Notes under the pieces: generated by a model
Databases searched by the model: none
The model's input: only the letters and a program-made list of their open reading frames with translations
Told to the model about the DNA's origin: nothing
DNA from: Candidatus Acidiferrales bacterium
GTDB taxonomy: Bacteria; Acidobacteriota; Terriglobia; Acidiferrales; UBA7541
Assembly: GCA_035258565.1 (NCBI GenBank)
Contig: DATFXF010000279.1
Coordinates: forward strand, 1 to 46,756
DNA length: 46,756 bases
Direction of reading: 5' to 3'
Translations under genes and position numbers: made by a program
In this document: one piece after another, positions 1 to 9,369 of the stretch
How positions within the stretch are numbered: the stretch's first letter is position 1
How the letters are laid out: each line of letters begins with the position of its first letter

Positions 1-616
1 CAAGCAACGCAGTCTGTGCCGGTAACTCCCCCGGCTTACCTTTCCTGGCAATAATGTACGCCGTCCCGCCGACGAAGCCGATGGCCAGTCCGCGCGCAAC
101 ATGGCTGAAGATCGCTCCCACCGCCGTGCCGCCCGAGATGCTCAGGCCGAGCGCCTCGGCGCCGCCCTTGATGTCGGGCTTCGCCTCCACGACCTGGCCT
201 TCTTCAACCCTCAGGTCCTTGCGCCCCTTTCCGCTCGACTGCGCAGAAGCATCCTGGATCGCCAGGATGCTCATCTGCACGGGAATCTGGCGATGGTCCA
301 CCTCGATAGATCGGAAGGCGAGGCTCATGGCCGCCTGCCCGCGAAACAGCGAGAGCCAGCGCTGCTTGACCACGCTGCCCACCAAGCCGTTGACCCGCGA
401 GCCCGCCGGCAGGAGCAACTGGCTGCCCATATAGACCGGCTCAGCCACCACGGCGGTGAATGGATCGCCATTACGCGCCACCGAGGTGCTTAGGCCGTTG
501 AGCAACACCAAGCGAATCTGCGTGCCTTGCAGGAGTTGGTTGGATTGAGCTTCGACAGGAAGCGCTGCGGAAAATACCAGGCAAACTGCAACGCCAAACG
601 ATACAAGACCCTTCAT
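1..616 (-). CDS. Secreted hypothetical protein, N-terminal 205 codons only. The ORF is open to the left window edge and is absent from the supplied ORF track.
   Basis: Reverse-strand ATG at comp(614-616) reads MKGLVSFGVAVCLVFSAALPVEAQSNQLLQGTQIRLVLLNGL... with no stop down to base 1. GGGAGGAA Shine-Dalgarno at comp(620-627). Signal-peptide-like N-terminus. The GDPFTAVV..PV..LLLPAGSRVNG pattern is reminiscent of TrbI/VirB10-type barrels (unconfirmed). Confidence 0.6.
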   Translation of the reverse strand, partial: MKGLVSFGVAVCLVFSAALPVEAQSNQLLQGTQIRLVLLNGLSTSVARNGDPFTAVVAEPVYMGSQLLLPAGSRVNGLVGSVVKQRWLSLFRGQAAMSLAFRSIEVDHRQIPVQMSILAIQDASAQSSGKGRKDLRVEEGQVVEAKPDIKGGAEALGLSISGGTAVGAIFSHVARGLAIGFVGGTAYIIARKGKPGELPAQTALL

Positions 617-863
617 TGGTTCCTCCCTGCCCCTTCTCGTGGGGCGTTCCGCTGGCGCTGCGGGGCCGGCGACACAGGGGTGAGCCGCCGACCAAGCTAC
701 GGAGGAATGGTAGCACGCGAAGAATACTCTTCCGAGAGAACATTCGCGCTAAAATCGCCGCTTGACGTTCCTAAGAGCAACCACCGAATTCGGAGCCCCA
801 ACATTTGCGAGCCTGAAGGGCCCGCAGTAGGCCGCGCGCAAATCCGTCTGAGGGTGCAGTTCG

Positions 864-1349
864 ATGCCCAAGCGAGCGACGCCAAGAGCAAACCTCGTCA
901 TCAGGCCGGCGCGGGACCTCAACTGGAAGCGCGTCTTGCGCGGCGCGGAGATGGCGGTCCTCGGCGGAGATCCAAAAGGAGCCGGTAGCCTTTACGCCAT
1001 CCGCATTCGGCTGCGTGACGCCTTTGTGACGCCTCCACACTGGCACCCGCAGGATGAGCACGTCACGGTCCTCGAGGGGACCTTTCTGCTGGGCTCCGGA
1101 CGCAGGTTCGATCCACGGAAGCTGCTCGTGCTTCGGCCGGGGACGCACGTTGTCGTTCCGAAAAGAAAGCCACACTTCAGCCGATCCCGGGGCAGGACCC
1201 TCCTCGAGGTATACGGCTCCGGACCGTTCAACACGATTTATGTGAACCCCGAGGAGGATCCGAACAAAAAGGCCAGGACCTTAAACCGAGGGGAGCGAAT
1301 TGCCACCCGGGAGAGAAATAGAGTATCTTCCCGCGCGAACAGAATGTGA
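864..1349 (+). CDS. Cupin domain protein without a signal peptide; paralogue of the next gene
   Basis: PPHWHPQDEHVTVLEGTFLLG cupin motif. By eye it aligns along its length with the 1359-1865 product, but it lacks that protein's signal peptide. Confidence 0.6.
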   Translation: MPKRATPRANLVIRPARDLNWKRVLRGAEMAVLGGDPKGAGSLYAIRIRLRDAFVTPPHWHPQDEHVTVLEGTFLLGSGRRFDPRKLLVLRPGTHVVVPKRKPHFSRSRGRTLLEVYGSGPFNTIYVNPEEDPNKKARTLNRGERIATRERNRVSSRANRM

Positions 1350-1358
1350 GGAGAGTCC

Positions 1359-1865
1359 ATGTGCAAGACGCCGAGACGCTTTTTTGTTGTCGTGGTGCTG
1401 ACGTCGTTTGGCTTCGCTGCCGCGTTCGGCAGCAAGGCTCAACAGAACGCCACGCCACCGAATCATTCCGTCATTCCGCCGCGCGACCTACATTGGGGAC
1501 CTTCCACGCTCCCGGGCGCTCAGATCGCAGTTCTCTCCGGCAACCCCGACAAGGCTGGCCAACCCTTTGTGATCCGCATCAAGACGAAGGACGGCACGAA
1601 GATTCCGCCGCACTGGCATCCCACCGATGAACACATCACGGTTCTTCAAGGCCTGTTTGCGATCGGCGTCGGCGAGAAATTCGAAAACAGCCGGTTGAAG
1701 GGTCTGGCGCCGGGAACGTACGCCTTCATGCCCAAGCAAGTGCCGCACTTCGCTTACAGCAAGGGCGAGACCATCGCTCAGGTGCATGGAATCGGCCCCT
1801 TCCAAACCATCTGGGTGAATCCCGCGGATGTTCCGGACCGCAAGGCGGACGCGCCAAAGAAATAA
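1359..1865 (+). CDS. Secreted cupin domain protein
   Basis: N-terminal signal peptide MCKTPRRFFVVVVLTSFGFAAAFG. PPHWHPTDEHITVLQGLFAIGVG cupin motif. Confidence 0.7.
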   Translation: MCKTPRRFFVVVVLTSFGFAAAFGSKAQQNATPPNHSVIPPRDLHWGPSTLPGAQIAVLSGNPDKAGQPFVIRIKTKDGTKIPPHWHPTDEHITVLQGLFAIGVGEKFENSRLKGLAPGTYAFMPKQVPHFAYSKGETIAQVHGIGPFQTIWVNPADVPDRKADAPKK

Positions 1866-1940
1866 TCGGCGGCCCGGTTTATTCGCGCGGCTCCGAGGGC
1901 CTATGTTAAACTGCGACTGCGGTCCTCGAAACAGGGACCG

Positions 1941-2065
<125 letters not shown>

Positions 2066-2087
2066 GGGGCATGGTTTTTTCGACGTC

Positions 2088-3776
2088 ATGAGCTATCAGG
2101 TGATTGCGCGGAAGTGGCGCCCGCAGAGTTTCGGCGAAGTTGTTGGCCAGCAGCACGTCACCCAAACGCTGGAAAACGCGATCCGCACCGGCCGCGTGGC
2201 GCACGCCTACATTTTTTCCGGCGCGCGCGGGGTAGGCAAGACCACCACAGCGCGCATCCTCGCCAAAGCGCTCAACTGCGCGAAGGGGCCGGCGCCCGAG
2301 CCGTGTAATGAGTGCGACTCCTGCCGCGAAATCGCTGCCGGCACTTCGCTCGACGTCATCGAGATCGACGCCGCCTCGAACCGCGGCATTGACCAAATTC
2401 GCGAGTTGCGCGAGATGGTGCGCTATGCACCCGCTGCCTCCCGCTACAAGGTGGTGATCCTCGACGAGGCGCACATGCTGACCGAGGAGGCCTCGAACGC
2501 GCTGCTGAAGACACTTGAGGAGCCCCCGGACAAAGTGATCTTCGTGATGGCCACGACGCAGCCAGAGGCGCTGGCGGACACGATTCGCTCGCGCTCGCAG
2601 CACTTCCACTTTCGCACGCTAGCCTTCAGCGAAATCGTGGCGGCGCTCGAGGGCATCGCCCAAAAAGAAAATCTGAGCATAGAGGCAGGCGCCCTGGCGG
2701 TGATGGCGCGTGCCGCCGAAGGGAGCCTGCGCGACGCGCTCTCCCTGCTCGAGCAAGCCGTCGCGTACAGCGGCCAGAGGATCACTGATGCGCAGGTTCG
2801 CGAGCTGCTCGGCATTGTTCCGGAGGAGGTGCTGGCCACGCTGGTTGAAGCCGTGCAGGCACGTTCAGCGGAAAAAGCGCTGGCGCTGGTGCACGCGCTG
2901 CTCGCCGAGGGACACAACCTTCAGCACTTCTGTCGCGAAGCCATCCGCCATTTCCGCAACCTGCTTGTCGCGCGCGTGTGCGGTGCTGACTCTCCATTAA
3001 TTGCGGCAGCCGCCGACCAGCGGCCGCGTCTCGCGCAGGCCGCCCAGCAGTTCAGCGAGGAAGATCTGACGCGCTTCTTCCAGATCTTGCTCGCAACCGA
3101 GGACGACATCCGGCGCAAGCCCGACCCGCGGCTGCACTTGGAAATGGGATTATTGCGGCTAGTCAACGCTGCGCGCCTTGCGCCGCTCGAAGAAGTCCTG
3201 GCCAAGCTCCACGAGGAGGCCGGCGCAACCCGGCCCGCTATAGCGGGGGCAGCGCGAAGCGCTTCCGCCGCGACGGCGGCGAGCGGGGAGGCGGCCGCTC
3301 CGGGTGTGGCGCGAAGCGATGAGCGCGTGCGAGGACCCGTGCCGGCCACGGCGCCCAGCCTCGTCGCCAAGGCTGCAGGCGCAGTGAACGGGCTTGAAGC
3401 GGCGCAAGTGGAGGCCATCAAGGCGGCCATCCTCGCGCAGCAGAAATTCTTGGGCGAGCTCGTGGAGCACGTGAGCCGCTGGGAATTCGAGGGTGGCGAG
3501 ATGCGCCTCTATTTTCCGACCGAGAGCCGCGCGCTCGCGGAGATGCTCCAAGCGCGCGACCCTATGGAGAAGTTGCGCACCATTACGAGCCGGGTGATCG
3601 GCCAGCCTGTGCGCGTCTGTGTTAAACTGGATTCCGGGCCGGTGCTGGGCGCGGCTCGTGGGATGCGCGGCTCACCCGAGTTGCGAGCGCGCTTTGAACA
3701 GGATCCCATCGTGCGAGCCATGCTGGAACGATTCGGCGGCCAGATCTCGGACGTAAAACGCCGGAACGAGGGCTAG
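2088..3776 (+). CDS. dnaX: DNA polymerase III subunit gamma/tau
   Basis: MSYQVIARKWRPQSFGEVVGQQHV, Walker A GARGVGKTT, Walker B VILDEAHML, Zn module CNECDSC. The start is moved from the track's 2028 to the in-frame ATG at 2088 because 2028-2087 overlaps the SRP RNA. Confidence 0.92.
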   Translation: MSYQVIARKWRPQSFGEVVGQQHVTQTLENAIRTGRVAHAYIFSGARGVGKTTTARILAKALNCAKGPAPEPCNECDSCREIAAGTSLDVIEIDAASNRGIDQIRELREMVRYAPAASRYKVVILDEAHMLTEEASNALLKTLEEPPDKVIFVMATTQPEALADTIRSRSQHFHFRTLAFSEIVAALEGIAQKENLSIEAGALAVMARAAEGSLRDALSLLEQAVAYSGQRITDAQVRELLGIVPEEVLATLVEAVQARSAEKALALVHALLAEGHNLQHFCREAIRHFRNLLVARVCGADSPLIAAAADQRPRLAQAAQQFSEEDLTRFFQILLATEDDIRRKPDPRLHLEMGLLRLVNAARLAPLEEVLAKLHEEAGATRPAIAGAARSASAATAASGEAAAPGVARSDERVRGPVPATAPSLVAKAAGAVNGLEAAQVEAIKAAILAQQKFLGELVEHVSRWEFEGGEMRLYFPTESRALAEMLQARDPMEKLRTITSRVIGQPVRVCVKLDSGPVLGAARGMRGSPELRARFEQDPIVRAMLERFGGQISDVKRRNEG

Positions 3777-3779
3777 ACC

Positions 3780-4106
3780 ATGGAAGTCAAAGCGCTGCAA
3801 CAAATCCTGTCGCAATTTCGGCAGATGCAGGAAAACCTGCAGAAGCAAGTGGACGCGGTGCACGTGGAGTCTTCAGCGGGCGGCGGAATGGTCGTCATCC
3901 AGATGAACGGGCAAAAGCAAGTAATTCAGGTCCGCATCGACCCCGAAGTGTTCGCGAGCAAAGACCAGGAAATGTTGCAGGATTTGGTCCGCGCAGCAGT
4001 CAACGACGCCAGCCGGCGCGTGGACGAGGAACTCGCCAACCAGGTGAAGAACCTCGCCGGCGGACTGCCCGGAATCGCCGGCCTGAAAATCCCCGGGCTG
4101 TTCTGA
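3780..4106 (+). CDS. ybaB: YbaB/EbfC family nucleoid-associated protein
   Basis: About 108 aa. The central ...ESSAGGGMVVIQMNGQKQVIQVRIDPEV...DLV..AVNDA pattern is typical of YbaB. Classic dnaX-ybaB-recR order. Confidence 0.9.
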   Translation: MEVKALQQILSQFRQMQENLQKQVDAVHVESSAGGGMVVIQMNGQKQVIQVRIDPEVFASKDQEMLQDLVRAAVNDASRRVDEELANQVKNLAGGLPGIAGLKIPGLF

Positions 4107-4170
4107 CGGGGATCCCTCATGAAAGAACAAGAGTCTTGCCGGTTGCGGCCGAAGCGCCGCGGCTACCACC

Positions 4171-4770
4171 ATGCCTGATTTCGCTGCCCCCATTGGGCGA
4201 CTGATTGACGAACTCAAGCGCCTGCCCGGCGTGGGGCAGAAGACAGCGCAGCGCCTGGCGTTTCACTTGCTACGCACGGCGCCCGAGGATGCCTTGGCGC
4301 TCGCCGACGCCATTCGCGACGCCAAACTGAAGATCAGCGAGTGCTCCGTCTGCAATAACATCACCGATACGAACCCGTGCCTCTATTGTGCAAGCCCCAC
4401 ACGCAACCGCAAGACCATCTGTGTCGTCGAAGAGCCGAACAACATCCTGGCCGTCGAGAAAACGCGGCAGTACAGCGGGCTCTATCACGTGCTCGGGGGC
4501 GCGCTTCGACCGCTCGAAGGCGTGGGCCCGGACCAATTGAAGATTAAGAGCCTGATCGAGCGATTGAAAAACGGTGCGGTGGATGAAATCATCATCGCTA
4601 CGAACCCGACGGCCGAAGGCGAGGCCACTGCTGTCTATCTCTCGAAGCTCATCAAGCCGCTCGGCGTCCGCGTGACTCGCATCGGAGTGGGTATCCCGGT
4701 GGGCTCCGAACTCGAGTATGCCGACGAGGTCACCATGCTCAAGGCCATCGAAGGCCGCCGCGAGCTCTAG
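4171..4770 (+). CDS. recR: Recombination protein RecR
   Basis: [17 protein letters not shown] helix-hairpin-helix, C4 zinc finger [16 protein letters not shown], Toprim region. Confidence 0.93.
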   Translation: MPDFAAPIGRLIDELKRLPGVGQKTAQRLAFHLLRTAPEDALALADAIRDAKLKISECSVCNNITDTNPCLYCASPTRNRKTICVVEEPNNILAVEKTRQYSGLYHVLGGALRPLEGVGPDQLKIKSLIERLKNGAVDEIIIATNPTAEGEATAVYLSKLIKPLGVRVTRIGVGIPVGSELEYADEVTMLKAIEGRREL

Positions 4771-4881
4771 GCCAAGCCGGCACCACGGATTTTCTCTTGC
4801 GTCGCGCCTCACGCGGCGATATATATCAACGACCAGCGAAGGCCTCATTGGCGGCGCCGTCCCCAGCCTGAGAGGAGCCTG

Positions 4882-5196
4882 GTGCCAACTCTCGACGACT
4901 ACCTGGCCGAGTACGATCACGAGCACACGCGCTGGAGCAACAAGATTCTGCACAGCGTGGGCATTCCCTGCATCTTCGCCGGGCTCATCCTGTTCCTGTT
5001 TGCCTATTGGCGTACCGCTGCCGGGTTCTTTGCCGGCGGCTGGCTGATGCTCTTTCTAGGCCACCGCATCGAGGGGAACCACCCCGCATTTTTCCGCGGG
5101 CCCGTGTACTTCCTCATCGGACCCCTCTGGGTGGCCAAGGAAATCAAGGATTTCCTCCTCAGGCGGGGGCGGCCCGAGGTCTCGCAGGACCAGTAG
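4882..5196 (+). CDS. DUF962 / Mpo1-like small membrane protein
   Basis: YLAEYDHEHTRWSNKILHSVGIPCIF...GHRIEGNHPAFF matches the DUF962 pattern. GTG start preceded by GAGGAG. Confidence 0.7.
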   Translation: MPTLDDYLAEYDHEHTRWSNKILHSVGIPCIFAGLILFLFAYWRTAAGFFAGGWLMLFLGHRIEGNHPAFFRGPVYFLIGPLWVAKEIKDFLLRRGRPEVSQDQ

Positions 5197-5295
5197 GCTT
5201 GTGCCCAAGAGCTGGTTGACTGTTTCGCACGTCCTTCCCACGCCCCTCGACGCGTACCGGCAGCGATGTTAGTCTGACGAACGGCGCGAGGTTTA

Positions 5296-8007
5296 ATGGC
5301 CGAGTCTGTCCCCCATCCGAAGAACGACCCCACCAAGCGGCGAAGTACGCGCATCATCCAGGCTGTGCCACTGGTCGTGAGGGGTGTAGATGCGCTTGGC
5401 CGGCCCTTCCAAGAGCGCACCTCGACGCTGGCCATCAATTGTCACGGCTGCCGCTATCAGTCCAAGCACTACGTCCTCAAGAACATGTGGGTGACCCTCG
5501 AGGTGCCGCAACCGGAGGCCAACCAGCCGCCCCGAACCCTCCGCGGAAAGATCACGTGGATTCTGCGGCCCCGCACGGTGCGTGAGCTCTTTCAGATCGG
5601 TGTGGAGCTCGAAGCTCCCGGCAATGTCTGGGGCATCGCCTTTCCCCCTGAAGACTGGTTCCCGCCCCCCGAGAGTGCAGTGCCTTCAGCCCCCACCGGA
5701 GAGGCCGGGCCCCCTCCAACAGTGCCGCTTGATGAAGGCGCAGCTCGACTTGGAGTCGCGAGCGAAACCAATGTCCGCGTACTCCCCGGACCCGGGAGTG
5801 CGGAAGCCTCCCCCGTGCTGGCGCGCCAGGTGGCGCGTCTCGTCGGGGAAACTAAACAGCAGGGCCAAGGAGCGGCGCGCGAGGCCACGACCAAAGCGGT
5901 GAGCGCCGATGTCCAGGTACTGCTCGCGACTCTGCAAAACCAGCTCGGCTCCGTCGCTCAAAAGGCAGTGCAGGCCGCGGCAACCTCTTATACGGATCAG
6001 GTGGTCCGGCAGGCGGTTGTGAAAATCGAGGAAGCGAGGCAGGCTACCGACAAGGCCGCGCGCGAGCAATGGAGTCACGAGCAGGAACTGCGTTTCAAAG
6101 AAGCCCAGGAACGGCTCGCGGCGCAGCTTGCTCAAACGCTCGAGTCGCAGCGTATATCCTTCGAGAAGCAGCTTGACAGCCGGCTCGGCCCGTCGCTTGG
6201 CAAGGTGAACGAAATCGATCGCGAACTTGCGGCGACCGTTCGAAACACCGAGGCACGCCTCGAGCAATTGCGTCAGAGAGTCGAAGAGTCCATCGAAGCG
6301 GCCAGCAGTCGCTTGGAAGAACTCACCGAAGGTCGCGTCGAAGGCGCTGGGGCGCGCCTCGAATCGCTTGAGAAGGCGGCGCGGCGCTTGGACGATCTGA
6401 TCGCTGGCGCGATTGGGCAGGCTGAGACAGAGTGGCGCGCACGCCTTGAGGCTGATTTTGCAGCGGTCGGAACCCGTTGGAATCAGATGGTGGAGACATC
6501 AATCGAAAGCGAGGCGCGGCGGGCGGCTGAACGCCTGGCGCGGGATGCCCAGGCCTTTATCCAGGAGGTCGAGCAGGAATTCTACGGACGCGCCTCCGTG
6601 CTCCTGCAATCCCTCGAGCAGGCCGAGAGCACGGTGAGTACAATTCACCGAAGACTCGAGAGCGAAACCGCCCGGATCCAGGCCTCGCTGCAGGAGACCC
6701 AGCAGGCCGCCACCCGCGTCGAAGAGCAGGCCGCAGGGCTTGGCGCACTGAGCCAGGCTTCGAGCGCGGAGCTCGAACGGCGCCTGGAAGCCATCCTGGC
6801 CACCGCCAGCACGGAGCTCAATCGGCGGGCCGAGGGTGCGGTGGTGGGCATGGCCGAGCGGCTCCAGCCCATGGTCGAGGCTGCCGGGCAGCAGACGGTT
6901 GCGCGGCTGGGCGCAGAACTCGAGCAGCGGCTGGCCCCGCAGTTCGATCGCGCCAACGAACTCCTCGCAAAGCTTAACGAGGGCCAGGGTCGGGCCGAAG
7001 AGGCCTTCCGCGTGCACCACGAGCGCCTGCAAGAGAGCCTGGCAAAAGCTGAGCTGGAAGCCCTGTCACGCGTCCAAAGGACACTCAGTCGCTTCGAGAA
7101 AGAGGTCGAAGAGGGCGGGCGCGCCGCGACATCCCGGTGGTTGGCCGAGCTCGAAGAAAAGACTACCGACACCACTCACACCAGCTACGAGGCGCTTTTC
7201 AAGGCCTCCCAGTGGTACGAGAAGAAAATGCAGACGCAGATGCAGAGCACGATGGAAAAGGGGCTTGAGCAGGCCGCCAACAGCCTGCGCGACAAGGCCG
7301 GCGAAATCTCGGGTCTGTTCGCTTCGGAACTGAATCATTACAGCCGCAGCTATGTCGAGCACACCCAGAACCAGATGAACGAGGCGGTCAAGGAAGCCGT
7401 GGAAGGGGTGCGCCGCCGTCTTGCCGAGACCAGGGAGGCGGCCACAGCCAACTTCGGTGGGGATGTGGAGCGCGCCGCGCAGCGCGAGTTCGAGCGCTTC
7501 TCGGGCTCCCTCGGGAACTTCTCCGAACAGGCCACAGCACAGCTCGAAACGCATGTGGCGCAAGTGCGTTCAGGAATCGACGTGGAGAGCCGGCAGTTCC
7601 TTGTCGAGTTCCACAAGGGCATGACCGAGACTGTTCAGCGAGGGGTGACACAGGCACGCCAGGAGCTCGAAGCGCAGCTCGCGCCGATGAAGGAAGCCTG
7701 GCGCACCGAGCGCGAAGCACAGGAGCAGAAGTTGCGAATGAACGCCACCCGCCTGGCCGAAGAGTCCGTCGGAGCATACAAGCAGCGGCTGGAGAATGCG
7801 TCCAATTCCTGGCTGGTGGCTACCGTCGCGACGCTCACGCAGCAATCGCAGGATGTGGTCGGGACACTGGCCGAGGCCGCGGAGCGGCGCCTGCGAGATA
7901 CCTGCTCCGAGGTGTTTGGCGATGTCGGCCAAGCCCTGCACCGGCGGCTCCTGGAGCTTTCAGACCTCACTCGTAAGCCATTCCCGCCAGAGGAAAAGAA
8001 GAAGTAG
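5296..8007 (+). CDS. PilZ-like N-terminal domain fused to about 750 aa of apolipoprotein-like helical repeats
   Basis: The N-terminus KRRSTRIIQAVPLVVRGVDALGRPFQERTSTLAINCHGCRY has the RxxxR motif plus the NxHG beta-barrel signature seen in PilZ-like domains. The remainder is Ala/Glu/Arg/Gln-rich amphipathic helix with no TM segment or signal peptide. Confidence 0.65.
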   Translation: MAESVPHPKNDPTKRRSTRIIQAVPLVVRGVDALGRPFQERTSTLAINCHGCRYQSKHYVLKNMWVTLEVPQPEANQPPRTLRGKITWILRPRTVRELFQIGVELEAPGNVWGIAFPPEDWFPPPESAVPSAPTGEAGPPPTVPLDEGAARLGVASETNVRVLPGPGSAEASPVLARQVARLVGETKQQGQGAAREATTKAVSADVQVLLATLQNQLGSVAQKAVQAAATSYTDQVVRQAVVKIEEARQATDKAAREQWSHEQELRFKEAQERLAAQLAQTLESQRISFEKQLDSRLGPSLGKVNEIDRELAATVRNTEARLEQLRQRVEESIEAASSRLEELTEGRVEGAGARLESLEKAARRLDDLIAGAIGQAETEWRARLEADFAAVGTRWNQMVETSIESEARRAAERLARDAQAFIQEVEQEFYGRASVLLQSLEQAESTVSTIHRRLESETARIQASLQETQQAATRVEEQAAGLGALSQASSAELERRLEAILATASTELNRRAEGAVVGMAERLQPMVEAAGQQTVARLGAELEQRLAPQFDRANELLAKLNEGQGRAEEAFRVHHERLQESLAKAELEALSRVQRTLSRFEKEVEEGGRAATSRWLAELEEKTTDTTHTSYEALFKASQWYEKKMQTQMQSTMEKGLEQAANSLRDKAGEISGLFASELNHYSRSYVEHTQNQMNEAVKEAVEGVRRRLAETREAATANFGGDVERAAQREFERFSGSLGNFSEQATAQLETHVAQVRSGIDVESRQFLVEFHKGMTETVQRGVTQARQELEAQLAPMKEAWRTEREAQEQKLRMNATRLAEESVGAYKQRLENASNSWLVATVATLTQQSQDVVGTLAEAAERRLRDTCSEVFGDVGQALHRRLLELSDLTRKPFPPEEKKK

Positions 8008-8110
8008 AAGGCAACTCGCTGACCGCGTTGCTTGACACCTAACGCCATTGCGGGTTCCCCATTCTCGGGCAGGACCCCAGCAGCTTCAGCTGACCTGTAT
8101 AATAGGAAGG

Positions 8111-8785
8111 GTGGCGAATCCCGCTTATCTGAGCGTATGGGCAAAGGGCTTCTCCGAAGCCACCATGCTCGAACAGTTCGCGCAATTCTTGAAAACCGTG
8201 CCTGCCTCCACCGGGACTCCCAAGTTTAGCGAGCTGGTGATCCGCGCGGTGAACCCGTCAGAGACTTTGGTGATCGAGCGCGACCTGCGCGCGCGGCCAC
8301 TCGAAGCGGAAGAGGTAGTTGAGCTGGCGCGCGAGCACTTGCACTCCGATTCGGCCTATGAGGTAGGCAGCCACTGGGATCTGTGGACGTACGACGCCGA
8401 GACAAGGCATTGGAAGTTCGGCCCTCAAAGGTTGGAACTCCACTGCCGCGGCGAGGAGTACGATGACGGAGCCTACGTCGAAGGCGGACACTTCCAGGCC
8501 GAAATCGGTTTTGAGCATTTGTTCACTGGGCACGGGAGGTTGCTCGGGGCGCGTGCAGGAATCGTGGCACCCCCGGAGCATCCGGCCGAAGTCGAGTTTC
8601 TGGCCGCGATGTCGCGGCCTGAAAACCTGCGCGAATATCACCAGAAGACGCGTGAGAACATCCAGAAGCTACTGGGCTGGATCGGGGCACTCGAAGAGGC
8701 GCTGCCGATCGAGCGCTACCGGCTGTGGTCGGAAGGGGAGGAGAACTTTGAGGCGCGGCTCGATGAGATTCTGGCCGTTCGCTAG
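8111..8785 (+). CDS. Hypothetical cytoplasmic protein (start uncertain: GTG 8111 or ATG 8165)
   Basis: Long high-GC3 ORF with no recognisable motif. TATAAT at 8098-8103 lies just upstream. The track start at 8048 lies in low-GC3 sequence. Confidence 0.5.
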   Translation: MANPAYLSVWAKGFSEATMLEQFAQFLKTVPASTGTPKFSELVIRAVNPSETLVIERDLRARPLEAEEVVELAREHLHSDSAYEVGSHWDLWTYDAETRHWKFGPQRLELHCRGEEYDDGAYVEGGHFQAEIGFEHLFTGHGRLLGARAGIVAPPEHPAEVEFLAAMSRPENLREYHQKTRENIQKLLGWIGALEEALPIERYRLWSEGEENFEARLDEILAVR

Positions 8786-9350
8786 CGCCCTGGCGACGGG
8801 CCTGGTTTTGGCAGTCCAGCCGCTGGCTCTGCCGGCACAATCACCCGAAGCGCCGAAACGCGTGAACGAGACCATGCTTGCGGGGCTCCGCCCAGGCAAA
8901 GACACGCTCGCCGAGGCAGAAAAGCGCTTCGGCTCAAAGCTGCGGATCAAGACCGTCGATCGGGACACGTCGGCGGAGTGGTTGGACGAATGCTGGGGCC
9001 ACAAGGTGCACCTCGAGTTCGACGAGAAGCGCGTGATTCGGAGCGTGATTGTCTCGCTCCTGGGGGTTCAGTCTGGAGACTGCAGGGACACGCGCCACGT
9101 CGGTCCCTTGGTGATCGGAAAACTGAAAACAGGCCGCGGGCTTGCTCTTAAAGAAGCGAAGGACCGGGTGATCGGTCTTTACGGTGAGCCGAACTCGAGC
9201 GGGCCTTCCACGCAAGCTGGACGGGAGCTAGAATCGTTGTTTTATGCCTTTGACTGGGCAGGGTCTGACGTTCCCCAGGTGATGGAAGTCTCTTGCGACC
9301 GTTCGACCGGGCGTGCGGTGCAGATCAAGCTGGCTCTCGCCAGTCTCTAG
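8763..9350 (+). CDS. Hypothetical secreted protein
   Basis: Internal ATG at 8763 gives the signal peptide MRFWPFASALATGLVLAVQPLALPAQS. It overlaps the upstream gene by 23 nt. The track's upstream extension is Arg-rich out-of-frame overlap. Confidence 0.55.
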   Translation: MRFWPFASALATGLVLAVQPLALPAQSPEAPKRVNETMLAGLRPGKDTLAEAEKRFGSKLRIKTVDRDTSAEWLDECWGHKVHLEFDEKRVIRSVIVSLLGVQSGDCRDTRHVGPLVIGKLKTGRGLALKEAKDRVIGLYGEPNSSGPSTQAGRELESLFYAFDWAGSDVPQVMEVSCDRSTGRAVQIKLALASL

Positions 9351-9369
9351 GTGGCGCAGCGAAAAACCG

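Noticed and set aside
2655-2675. A-rich CAAAAAGAAAA stretch in dnaX as a possible tau/gamma frameshift or slippage site
   Set aside because: It is not an X_XXY_YYZ heptamer in the zero frame. It also lies in the clamp-loader core (about residue 190), far upstream of where gamma-producing frameshifts occur. No A-run exists after domain III.
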